Virus record (IMG/VR): IMGVR_UViG_3300048999_000016
Span: 1-52,464 of that record
DNA: 52,464 bases
Reading direction: 5' to 3' (one strand)
Source: a virus
Lineage: Duplodnaviria > Caudoviricetes
Shown one piece after another: positions 28,786 to 37,350 of this stretch. The translations under genes and the position numbers were made by a program. Position 1 is the first letter of the stretch. The number at the start of each line of letters is the position of its first letter. The notes below the pieces were generated by a model. It was not told the DNA's origin. It made no database searches and saw only the letters and a program-made list of their open reading frames with translations.

Positions 28786-30566
28786 TACTTGCTCTTTGTC
28801 ATTTTAGGATATGGCGCTGCCTTTGGTGGTGCCGGTGCTGGTGTGGGTGCACCGCTTGCGCCGCTTGCGCCGCCTGCGCCCGGTTGTGGCACCTTGCCGT
28901 CTTCCGGTGGAATAGCATTAGGATCAGCACCGGAAGGTAGATAGACCACCGGTTGTGGTTGCGCGAGCAATTCCGCTTGTACTTGGTCCCATGCCTCTTC
29001 ATCGTCCAATGTCGCCGAACCTGCGTCACGCAATTGCGCGCGCATCTCAGACCACGTAATAACGCCTGCCTCATATTCCTTCACCGCTTGCGCGCGAATT
29101 TCGGCAGACATTTTATTCAAATCGAAATCTTTGTTTAATCGGTATTTGATACCGTTACCTGTACTTGAAACGTTGTTCTTGTCCTTTGGATCAGTTACCG
29201 AGTTATTGCCAAGAAATGCTTGGCACCATCCAAGTGCCCATTCGATTGCATCGCTCACGTTATCGGCGATATTCGCAAGTACCGATGACTCAGACGTGGT
29301 ATTAATCACCGTTTCAGTCGCCGTACGCGATGACTTCATTTCTTGAACTAACTTCGCGCCTAATGCAACCATCTGCTGTTCTTTCGCTTTCATCGCTTCA
29401 GCCGCAAGTTGCTGCGCCGAAATTTCAACCAATTTCATATCGCCGCCCGGTGGCAATGGCACCGCTGCGCGCGAACCGAACATTACCTTGCCTTTCAATA
29501 CCGTATCGACCCAATCGGTACTTAGTCCAGTTATCACCGGTGTAGGCTGGCCGACCATGAATACTATTTCCTCGTGATCCGCGCTGTTATGAAAATGACC
29601 GATTGCTAATTCGCAAAGATCGTCGAGCGGTGCCTTTTGCATTTGGTGCGTGTTACCTTCAGCACCAACCATGAAAAACGGCATTTCGCCGTCGAATTCC
29701 CGACCATCGGAATTTTTCGGCGTGTACGTTTTTTGTAGCACCACATCGCCTTGTGCTTTTTTGTTGGACTCATCCCAATTGTGCCAAATTTCAGCGTAAT
29801 GCTTGCCGTCAGCCGATAAACGTAACACGCGATATTGCGTGTATTCGATCAGTTCAAAATCGTCACCTTCTGCCCACACGCGCTCACGTAACACCACGAG
29901 AGACAAAACCGTGTTTGCGCCTAGTCGAGTGGTACGCCAATTGATAATATCCCATGGCTCGTACCACATAATTGTAGGCCGCAACCGTCCGCTTTCAATA
30001 TCGGCCATTGACGCAACCGGTGGTGCAACATCTTCGGTTGATGCTGGCGCATCGTTCTGCTGTGCTGTATTCGCAGATGCCACATCTGCCGCCGTGGGAT
30101 AGTCCACAAGGAAACCGCCGCGACCATATGCCACAACGGATTTCACCGCTTGTTTCGCTACCTGATCCAGCGAATTACCGGTGCCGTCCGCATCGGCTTT
30201 AATGTTGTCGAGTGTATCGGGAATATTCGCTTGCGGATCGCGCAAGAACACTTGGCCCACTAAGCCTTTCAATGTTCGATCCGGCACGTTATACCATACC
30301 GCGCGATTGACATACGCGTTGTATCGCATGCGATTTTCGACGGAATCATCTGCACCATTCGGCATCGGCAAATAACGCTTGCGTTTGTCATGCTCCCAAA
30401 CTATCGCATTGATAGTTTCAGAAAGTGGCGCGTTCAAAAACCACGGTTCCGGTGGCAACAAACCTTTCAACGCCGGTGAACCTTGCAAACAATCGAAAAT
30501 GCGTTCGTACACCATGAGCATTCTAGATAGTTCACCACGCGTGAACGATACACCGGTATTTGGCAT
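28785..30566 (-). CDS. Portal protein (DUF4055-like)
   Basis: YLPMPN, RY.AY..RAVWYN, GR.GFLVDYP, IINWR, HFHNSADHEE...GQPT, QMVALGAKL. Confidence 0.9.
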   Translation of the reverse strand: MPNTGVSFTRGELSRMLMVYERIFDCLQGSPALKGLLPPEPWFLNAPLSETINAIVWEHDKRKRYLPMPNGADDSVENRMRYNAYVNRAVWYNVPDRTLKGLVGQVFLRDPQANIPDTLDNIKADADGTGNSLDQVAKQAVKSVVAYGRGGFLVDYPTAADVASANTAQQNDAPASTEDVAPPVASMADIESGRLRPTIMWYEPWDIINWRTTRLGANTVLSLVVLRERVWAEGDDFELIEYTQYRVLRLSADGKHYAEIWHNWDESNKKAQGDVVLQKTYTPKNSDGREFDGEMPFFMVGAEGNTHQMQKAPLDDLCELAIGHFHNSADHEEIVFMVGQPTPVITGLSTDWVDTVLKGKVMFGSRAAVPLPPGGDMKLVEISAQQLAAEAMKAKEQQMVALGAKLVQEMKSSRTATETVINTTSESSVLANIADNVSDAIEWALGWCQAFLGNNSVTDPKDKNNVSSTGNGIKYRLNKDFDLNKMSAEIRAQAVKEYEAGVITWSEMRAQLRDAGSATLDDEEAWDQVQAELLAQPQPVVYLPSGADPNAIPPEDGKVPQPGAGGASGASGAPTPAPAPPKAAPYPKMTKSK

Positions 30567-30577
30567 TTTCCAACCTT

Positions 30578-32179
30578 TCAACGCGCAAACTGTACAGTTA
30601 TGTTTTTCGCCGTGCGATACGTGCCTTTTAATACACGGTAACGTGCACCGTCGTACGGGTGATCTTCCGCGGTTGTGTCCACATCATCGCGCTTCACTTT
30701 ATCACGCGGGAGTACCGGCGTTAGAGCGATAAATGCCCGGCAGTGATCGAAGACATAAAAACCCGGCCCTTCCCCTAGTTCCGATGCTGTAAGCCTGTCT
30801 CGGAGCAACTGTAGGCCATTACGACGGCTGCCCGGTGACTTGTCGGACTCTTCCCAACGGATGCCCACGCTTGCCATTTTCGTTTCGATATTTTCTTCGC
30901 TCGCCTCGTGCACGTCGCGTATTTGATTATCTGCCGGGCCAGATACCGGTTGCCGTAAAATCCAACCGTCTTGCATTAATGCAATTTCAGTATCGCGGAT
31001 TGTTTCGGCAACAGGCACTGCGCCTAATTTCATTCCTTCATTGTCGCCTAACTCACCTTTATAAAAATAGTATTCATGGATCAGTATCAGCGAACCGGGT
31101 GCCGGTGTCCACGTGTCAAAGCTACCGTCACGATTACGCTTGAAACTCGTGAGTGTTTCACCGGTTGCGAGTGCCCACCAACCACACCACGCCGGGTGAG
31201 TACTGCCCCAATCGAACGACCGATCCACGTACCAATCTGCCGGTATCTGATACTTGCGCGGTTTGACATGCACACTTTTCCGCCATACGTCATCGAGCGC
31301 GCCGCCGCTTACAATCTCCCACGAACCGGTTAACCACGATGACCGCTTTGCCGGATCAGTTTGCGAATGCAGCGACGCGATATACTGCGCGTCAAGATAT
31401 ATGTTTTCCTTGTAACTTCCGAAAATTGCAACCTGCGTTTTGTTGTATATTTCGTTACGCTGTGTCTTCGGATTGAAAACCTCCACCGGCGTAGTTACAA
31501 TTTTCCCATTCGGTGCCGGATCGATGAAACGACGTTTGACCGCTGCAAATCCGATACCTTCACTATTCGTTGTTGAAAATGTTTTCAGCGGGATTGGTGG
31601 CAACGTGTAATTGCCGTTTTCATCTTGCGGACTATCTTTTTCCTGCGTCCACGATGACCGGTTACACGATTGCATCGCGTCATAGAATTTCAAATTGACC
31701 CAATTTGTTAATTCGTTCCAACCTTGAAATGGGTACTCGTGACCGTGATACAGCGGATAACTCGCCTCACTCGTGCCGGATCGAAATAATAGCTGCTCAC
31801 CGGTGGGCCATTCCCACAGGTACGCCGATTGCGATTCATAAAACCGCGCGCCATCTTCAAACGCGAGAAACATCTTTTTCGATTGTTGCAACAAATCGTC
31901 AAGATTTTTGTACTCGTAACCGAAAATAATGCCGCGCCAATACTCGCCATATCCTAAGCCGACATAGCGCCGATAATTCGCAAGTTGTGTGGTAGTTTTG
32001 CCGGGTCCACGTGTGCCGTGGTATAGCGTCTGATCCGCGCGTGTGTCCAACGCGAGCGCCTGTGACGATGGGTAATACTTCCCATTGATAACGCGTCCCG
32101 GTAGTGGCTGCCATACAACTTCAAACGGCTTGCCGTTACTCGTGGTGGCTTGCGTGGGTAATGTCGCTGTCGTTGTCAT
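30578..32179 (-). CDS. terL: Terminase large subunit
   Basis: Walker A GTRGPGKT, YHGHEYPFQGWNELT, RSFDWGS, DDVDTTAEDHPYD..RY. Confidence 0.95.
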   Translation of the reverse strand: MTTTATLPTQATTSNGKPFEVVWQPLPGRVINGKYYPSSQALALDTRADQTLYHGTRGPGKTTTQLANYRRYVGLGYGEYWRGIIFGYEYKNLDDLLQQSKKMFLAFEDGARFYESQSAYLWEWPTGEQLLFRSGTSEASYPLYHGHEYPFQGWNELTNWVNLKFYDAMQSCNRSSWTQEKDSPQDENGNYTLPPIPLKTFSTTNSEGIGFAAVKRRFIDPAPNGKIVTTPVEVFNPKTQRNEIYNKTQVAIFGSYKENIYLDAQYIASLHSQTDPAKRSSWLTGSWEIVSGGALDDVWRKSVHVKPRKYQIPADWYVDRSFDWGSTHPAWCGWWALATGETLTSFKRNRDGSFDTWTPAPGSLILIHEYYFYKGELGDNEGMKLGAVPVAETIRDTEIALMQDGWILRQPVSGPADNQIRDVHEASEENIETKMASVGIRWEESDKSPGSRRNGLQLLRDRLTASELGEGPGFYVFDHCRAFIALTPVLPRDKVKRDDVDTTAEDHPYDGARYRVLKGTYRTAKNITVQFAR

Positions 32180-32645
32180 GCGTTAACGCGTTTTGTTGTG
32201 CCTCAAGTGTTATGGCGTACTCTTCGTCGGTGCCGTGATCTTTTTGTACCATAACACGATTCACAGTTACATTATTGACGGTGATGTTAGACGGTGCCGG
32301 TTTTTCTACATGCCCACGCATTGACGCGTATAGGTTATCGTACTTGAAACCTACTTCTGGATCATTCCGGCGTGCGTTGCGCGCGTGCTCAAGTAGTTCC
32401 TGTAAATACGCCGCCTTTGTGGGCAACAAATCATCTTCAGTAAGTACCTGTTTCAGCCGTTCGACTTCATCGAGTACAACCTTGTCATTAACCCACTGCT
32501 GTGCGACCGTGTACGCCTGATGACCGTTTGTGGGAAACAGTTTGGATGCCGCACGAAATGGCTGTTGCGGGTCTTCCAACCATAACCGCGCGAATCGTAG
32601 TTTATTATTCCTTTCTCCCTCTGTTAATGCTTGAATTAAATCCAC
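32136..32645 (-). CDS. terS: Terminase small subunit
   Basis: Directly upstream of terL; W.ND..V..E, LYASMRG.VEKP, N.VMV.KDHGTDEE. Confidence 0.75.
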   Translation of the reverse strand: MDLIQALTEGERNNKLRFARLWLEDPQQPFRAASKLFPTNGHQAYTVAQQWVNDKVVLDEVERLKQVLTEDDLLPTKAAYLQELLEHARNARRNDPEVGFKYDNLYASMRGHVEKPAPSNITVNNVTVNRVMVQKDHGTDEEYAITLEAQQNALTHDNDSDITHASHHE

Positions 32646-32952
32646 GCAAAACCTCTTCTTTGTGGTCCCTAAATTCTTTGCCTAAATCGCGCCTGTCTTT
32701 CACTTCTTCATTCAACCGATATTCCATCATTTCATCGGCACTTTGCAATTTCGTAATTGCTTCTTTCGCTTGATCCATTCCTTCCGATAATGCTTTGACT
32801 GCTTTATTGTTGACTTCCGACCGTGATGTAAATGCATGCCGAAAGATATAGGCCAGAATCGGGATAGCCGCGTACTCTGCTATCAATTTCCAAATATCGT
32901 ACTCAAATGACGCCGGTTGGGGAATAAAAACAAGGCAGAAAATGGCCGTCAT
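32605..32952 (-). CDS. Membrane-anchored coiled-coil protein
   Basis: Hydrophobic N-terminal segments followed by a charged helical tail. Confidence 0.55.
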   Translation of the reverse strand: MTAIFCLVFIPQPASFEYDIWKLIAEYAAIPILAYIFRHAFTSRSEVNNKAVKALSEGMDQAKEAITKLQSADEMMEYRLNEEVKDRRDLGKEFRDHKEEVLRGFNSSINRGRKE

Positions 32953-32956
32953 TCGA

Positions 32957-33430
32957 TTATGCTCCCTTGGGATGTTTGTAACTCTCCTGTCGCGCGGCGA
33001 TGTGCAACTTCTGCCGTTCTACTAACGCATCGGCCCTTGTGTTTACCTTTTCCATTTCCTGCTTAAATTCATTCGTTGCGTTGGACAACTGCTTTGATTC
33101 TTTTTCTGAGCACTCCAGCGTGTTTTCGATTTGTCGCGCGTTGCGTTCAACCATGATTAGTAAAAATCCGCCTGCCGCCGTGCTAAGAAACGCTACATAC
33201 TTCAAACCGAATGTGAAATTAAAGTATACGGCAATGATCCAGTATGCACGATAAAACGCCATGAGATACCAGAACCAAATAACACATTGCAAAAATGTCT
33301 TATGCCCGGCAAGTGGATTTCTGTACCACTTCCACAAGCGCAGCGTAATTGTGATGTAAAAGAGCACGGAAAAACCATCGGCAATCATGCGTGCCCAATC
33401 GATCAACAATAGTTGTTGCGTAACATGCAT
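32957..33430 (-). CDS. Three-TM membrane protein with coiled-coil tail
   Basis: RBS AAAGGA; three hydrophobic segments then a charged helix. Confidence 0.65.
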   Translation of the reverse strand: MHVTQQLLLIDWARMIADGFSVLFYITITLRLWKWYRNPLAGHKTFLQCVIWFWYLMAFYRAYWIIAVYFNFTFGLKYVAFLSTAAGGFLLIMVERNARQIENTLECSEKESKQLSNATNEFKQEMEKVNTRADALVERQKLHIAARQESYKHPKGA

Positions 33431-33502
33431 CGTGGAAAATCCTTTCCTGCGATAATGGGTGCGCTGTTACACGCACCCAATCGCAACGAACTGTGTTACG
33501 TT

Positions 33503-34003
33503 TTACGCCGCCTGCAAATTGCCTGTCAGTGCCTTTTCCAATTGCGCGAACATCGCCGGATCGATGCCGTTGAGGAAACCGACAACAGCGCTGATTGCTT
33601 TTTCCACTGCCGACGCCGACGCATCCGCACCGGCATCCTTCAACGCTTGTTCAATCAAGCTGCCGATTGAATTTGCAACCACACCGGCTTTGATTTGACC
33701 GCTGCCGTTTTGCTGCCCGGCTGCCGATAGCGTACCCTCTGCCATCACCACAAGCTGCACAATTTCAGACGCAACCGCACCCCATGGAGTGAACGCAAAG
33801 ATCGATGCCGTGAACTGTGCGATGGGCAAAGTGTTCTTGAGCACCACGTCCGCTTTGGATAGATCAGACGCAATTACTTTGCCTGCATGCTGTAGCCATG
33901 TTTCGGCTTTCTGCAAGATGCTTTCATGCGTGACCGGTGCCGCTGCAACTGCATTCTGTGCAAGCGTATTCGGCACGCCGGGAGTGGGTGCGGTTGTCGC
34001 CAT
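33503..34003 (-). CDS. Lysis-region protein (possibly holin-like)
   Basis: RBS GGAGA before ATG 34003; amphipathic helices, NGSGQIK motif. Confidence 0.5.
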   Translation of the reverse strand: MATTAPTPGVPNTLAQNAVAAAPVTHESILQKAETWLQHAGKVIASDLSKADVVLKNTLPIAQFTASIFAFTPWGAVASEIVQLVVMAEGTLSAAGQQNGSGQIKAGVVANSIGSLIEQALKDAGADASASAVEKAISAVVGFLNGIDPAMFAQLEKALTGNLQAA

Positions 34004-34175
34004 TGGTGGAATCTCCGTACCACCACGAGGAACCGCAGTGGTTGATTTGAGCGGGGCAACGCCGTGCCACGTTGGAATTGATAGATGGCTTGGGATAGCC
34101 GGAAGTTTATTCATGGTGTATTCGATTGCCTCTGTTGCTGCCGCGCGAACGTGTACCGCGTGATTATCTACAATT

Positions 34176-34517
34176 TCATTGATTATTAGTTGCTTTGCTA
34201 GTGGAAGCAACCGCGACCGTAGAATCTGCACTAATGATTTGCTCGCCGCTTGCGGGGGAGATGGCTGCGTCAAGGGTAGTTTTGCGTTGTCCATTTCTAT
34301 ACCATCCCCACAGTGTCACCACCAACGGCACGCCTAGTTTGAAAAATACCAGATAAATAAACGGATGTGGAACCAATCGCGCGTTGACTGCTTTCCAGAT
34401 CGAAACTAAACCATCGCGGAAATCAGCCGACGTTGCGAACGTTGTAATGCAAAATGCAATTACAACCGCGCCGCTATGTGTCGATATGTGGTATTTCGTC
34501 AGAAATCGTTGGAGCAT
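34176..34517 (-). CDS. Putative holin
   Basis: ATG 34517 (MLQRFLTKYHISTH...), two TM segments, basic stretch after TM2; overlaps the endolysin end. Confidence 0.6.
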   Translation of the reverse strand: MLQRFLTKYHISTHSGAVVIAFCITTFATSADFRDGLVSIWKAVNARLVPHPFIYLVFFKLGVPLVVTLWGWYRNGQRKTTLDAAISPASGEQIISADSTVAVASTSKATNNQ

Positions 34518-34971
34518 CGTCCGCACCTTTCCATTCCTTGTAAATTGCAAGCACTGTTTTTGTGCGCCATTCCGCCGTGGCGTAATTCGTGCTCGCCTCT
34601 TGCACGTATTCCTCGCCAGTCTTCGCATCGAGCGCACGCGCGTAGTGCGGATATGCATCGCGCAACCGAACCATGGTTGCCATATGATCCACAATGCTCG
34701 CCGTGTCGCTTGGGTAGCTAATGAACGGTGCCACGATTGAAACCGTAGCACCCTGTAAGCGCTCCCTCGTGGGCAATGCAACTGTGCCGAATTCGGCATG
34801 CCGATGCTGTTTCATGCCGAATAGATTGTGAAACTTCGTCGCAAGCGCCGACGTGCCCCACGCCGATTCCACGGCTGCCTCACACGCTGCGTAATCGGGC
34901 CAGATGTGCTGCGCCGTTGCGCATGCTTGCGCCGTTGCACGTAACCATGTCAGTTGCTTTTCGCTTGGCAT
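34474..34971 (-). CDS. Endolysin, GH73 glucosaminidase/FlgJ-like
   Basis: EAAVESAWGTS.LA....NLFGMK, T.E, F..Y, NYAT. Confidence 0.88.
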   Translation of the reverse strand: MPSEKQLTWLRATAQACATAQHIWPDYAACEAAVESAWGTSALATKFHNLFGMKQHRHAEFGTVALPTRERLQGATVSIVAPFISYPSDTASIVDHMATMVRLRDAYPHYARALDAKTGEEYVQEASTNYATAEWRTKTVLAIYKEWKGADDAPTISDEIPHIDT

Positions 34972-37343
34972 TAGATTGGTCCTATCCAGCCAACCGCGCT
35001 GAAATCTACGTTATCCATGTACGTTGTGCCCCAACCTGTCGGGGCTGTTGTGGCCTGTGACCCAAACCACACTGTGTCAATCGTGGCATTACCGGTATTC
35101 AGATTTGACGCCGATGTGTATGTAATCGTACCGTCAACCTTGATAATGTATTGTCCCGCCGTTGGACTAATTTTTGTATACGTTTCTACTAAGTGGATCG
35201 CGCCTGCCGGTACAGTTCCGCCGCCTGCTGTTGTGCCTGTGGCCTGATTATTACCTGTAACGGTTGGCGTTGTTTGTCCTAAATAGTAAGAAAATAGTTG
35301 TGCGCCACTATGGAAGAATTTCAAAATTCCCATAACTGACGTTGTGCTCACCGTGGAAACATAGATATATTGCCGCGTGTACAACGTTGACGTTGGCGAC
35401 GATAACACATCCGTGTAATAGTTATTACCGGTTGGGAACGCCGCACCATTTGGCGTAGTATGCGGATGCAATGTAGAAATTGACGGTGATCCGACCGCAG
35501 TTAATCCAACCGCTGTTGGTGTACCGCTGTCGAAATCGAACGAATCCAATTCGCCGGTTCCGGCTGTGCCGCCGCCGTTGCTGCCGGGATTGGTGTTAGG
35601 ATCAGCCGCGTTGCCAAACGTAACAATGTCAGTATCAACATTTATCGTTGACGTTGCCGGGCTGCCACTACTCGCCGTTGTCGGATCAAGATCGATTTGC
35701 CATTGTCCACCATTTTGCGCCCATGTAGTTGTTGTCGCTGGCAATGATCGTCCAATTGCGGTTGTTGTACCGTCAATTGTGAATGTATCCCACCAAATAC
35801 ACGGTGCCGTACCTGCTGCGCAGTTATGCGCAGCGGGTAAATCACGATGAAATGTCTGTTTAATATGGTGCCAACTACCATCAAACACCGTGCCACACGC
35901 TGCCGGTGTGTTAACCCAACCGTTGCCCTGATTATCATATTGAAAAATGAGCGAATGACCGTTACATTGCGAACCAGCCATGTAATCCCATCCGCTGCAA
36001 AACGAATAGGTGTCAAATTCCAAATTGATTAAACCGCTGGATCGAACCGCACGCACGTAAAAATCACGCGCGAAATTTGTAGATGTGCAATCCGCCGCAA
36101 GTGCGCTGCCGCTTACCGGTGTCCACAATGCTTGCGTATACACGCCGCCTGCAACGGCTGTACTGATACTCATCGTGCCCACAGCGTTCGCTGTGCCGGT
36201 TGCCGCGCTCGGAGTGTTATTGCCAAACGATGATTGCGGGGTACTTGCCGGTGCCTGTGATCCAACGCCGCCGCTGCAAACACTACTGCCGACATAGCAC
36301 GTTTTGAATTTCACGCTGCCGTCAGTTAAATCGACGGTTTGACTTACTGTGCCAATTCCTGTACCGGGATCACCCGCCGTACCACCGCCACCGGTAGTGC
36401 CGCCGCCTGTACCGCCGCCCGTCGTTCCGCCTGTGCCGCCTGCACCGGGGATGCCCAAATCTAAATAGAACGTATTTGGATCAGTACCCGCGCGAATGTT
36501 CGCCGTTGCCAGCGCCGTGGATGCGAGCGTTGCAACATTGCCGATTAGCATCGTTGGTGTTGGGCTGTCGGCACCGTTGGTTCCGTTCGTGCCGTTCGTA
36601 CCATTTGCACCGGCTGCGCCATCGGCTCCCGGTGGCCCTTGGGGGATGCCTAGATCGATGGCGTATTGATTGACACCCACAACGCGCACGGCTGCCGTGG
36701 CTTGGCTGCCGGGGTCCAGCGTGGATACAGTGCCCATCTGGAACGATGGCGTTGAACCGCTCGCGCCGTTCGTTCCGTTGGTGCCGTTTGTACCGTTCGT
36801 GCCGTTGGTTCCGTTGGCACCTTTAATCGGCCCAACCAATGGCCAGATTGTGCCACTTGCTGCCTTTGGCCCATACAGATTCATTGCCGTTGTATCGATA
36901 ACGAAATCGCCGACACTATGCGATATGCTCGCCGGTGGACCGCTGTTAGCATACAAACCGGGTCCAGCCGGGCCAGTGGCACCGGTGCCGTGCGTATCGG
37001 CATAATGCTTGTTTGCAACTTGATTGTCAGTTGTCGGATCAGCGATAAAAATATTCAACAGCGTTTGACCGTTCAGCAGTTGTATAACCTGCGCCGCTGT
37101 TATGTTGCTGCCTGTACCATTATTGCCGCCGACCGGTGACGGATACGAATACAACGCATGGAACTGCCACACGTGCAAACCCAAATAGTTAATGCACGTC
37201 CATTGTGCGCCGTTGGCATCGTTTTGTGTGTAGACATCACCCGGTGTACACGTTGCCGTGGGTGCGCCGTTGCCGTTCGTGTTGGTTGCCCACAGTGGTG
37301 CCGCTGCTGCAAACAACACAAGCATAGTTACAAATCTGCGCAT
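34971..37343 (-). CDS. Signal-peptide-bearing collagen-like fibre protein with two ConA/LamG-like C-terminal domains
   Basis: MRRFVTMLVLFAAAAPLWA; fibre motif DPTTDNQVANKHYAD; G-X-Y and (NGT)n repeats; duplicated GxV.TL..LGIP hinge; 10 Cys. Confidence 0.75.
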   Translation of the reverse strand: MRRFVTMLVLFAAAAPLWATNTNGNGAPTATCTPGDVYTQNDANGAQWTCINYLGLHVWQFHALYSYPSPVGGNNGTGSNITAAQVIQLLNGQTLLNIFIADPTTDNQVANKHYADTHGTGATGPAGPGLYANSGPPASISHSVGDFVIDTTAMNLYGPKAASGTIWPLVGPIKGANGTNGTNGTNGTNGTNGASGSTPSFQMGTVSTLDPGSQATAAVRVVGVNQYAIDLGIPQGPPGADGAAGANGTNGTNGTNGADSPTPTMLIGNVATLASTALATANIRAGTDPNTFYLDLGIPGAGGTGGTTGGGTGGGTTGGGGTAGDPGTGIGTVSQTVDLTDGSVKFKTCYVGSSVCSGGVGSQAPASTPQSSFGNNTPSAATGTANAVGTMSISTAVAGGVYTQALWTPVSGSALAADCTSTNFARDFYVRAVRSSGLINLEFDTYSFCSGWDYMAGSQCNGHSLIFQYDNQGNGWVNTPAACGTVFDGSWHHIKQTFHRDLPAAHNCAAGTAPCIWWDTFTIDGTTTAIGRSLPATTTTWAQNGGQWQIDLDPTTASSGSPATSTINVDTDIVTFGNAADPNTNPGSNGGGTAGTGELDSFDFDSGTPTAVGLTAVGSPSISTLHPHTTPNGAAFPTGNNYYTDVLSSPTSTLYTRQYIYVSTVSTTSVMGILKFFHSGAQLFSYYLGQTTPTVTGNNQATGTTAGGGTVPAGAIHLVETYTKISPTAGQYIIKVDGTITYTSASNLNTGNATIDTVWFGSQATTAPTGWGTTYMDNVDFSAVGWIGPI
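36571..36820 (-). repeat. Coding 9-bp tandem repeats encoding (NGT)n, in two blocks
   Basis: NGTNGTNGTNGTNGTNG and NGTNGTNGTNG in the translation. Confidence 0.85.
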
Positions 37344-37350
37344 GATTCCC

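Noticed and set aside
31700-31745. Terminase Walker B reading WNE rather than hhDE
   Set aside because: As I recall, NE occurs in other members of this terminase subfamily, and all other ATPase and nuclease motifs are intact.
36361-36820. Short tandem repeats as a possible CRISPR array or DGR repeat
   Set aside because: They are in-frame 9-bp and Gly/Thr coding repeats with no unique spacers, and no reverse transcriptase or TR/VR pair is visible in the window.
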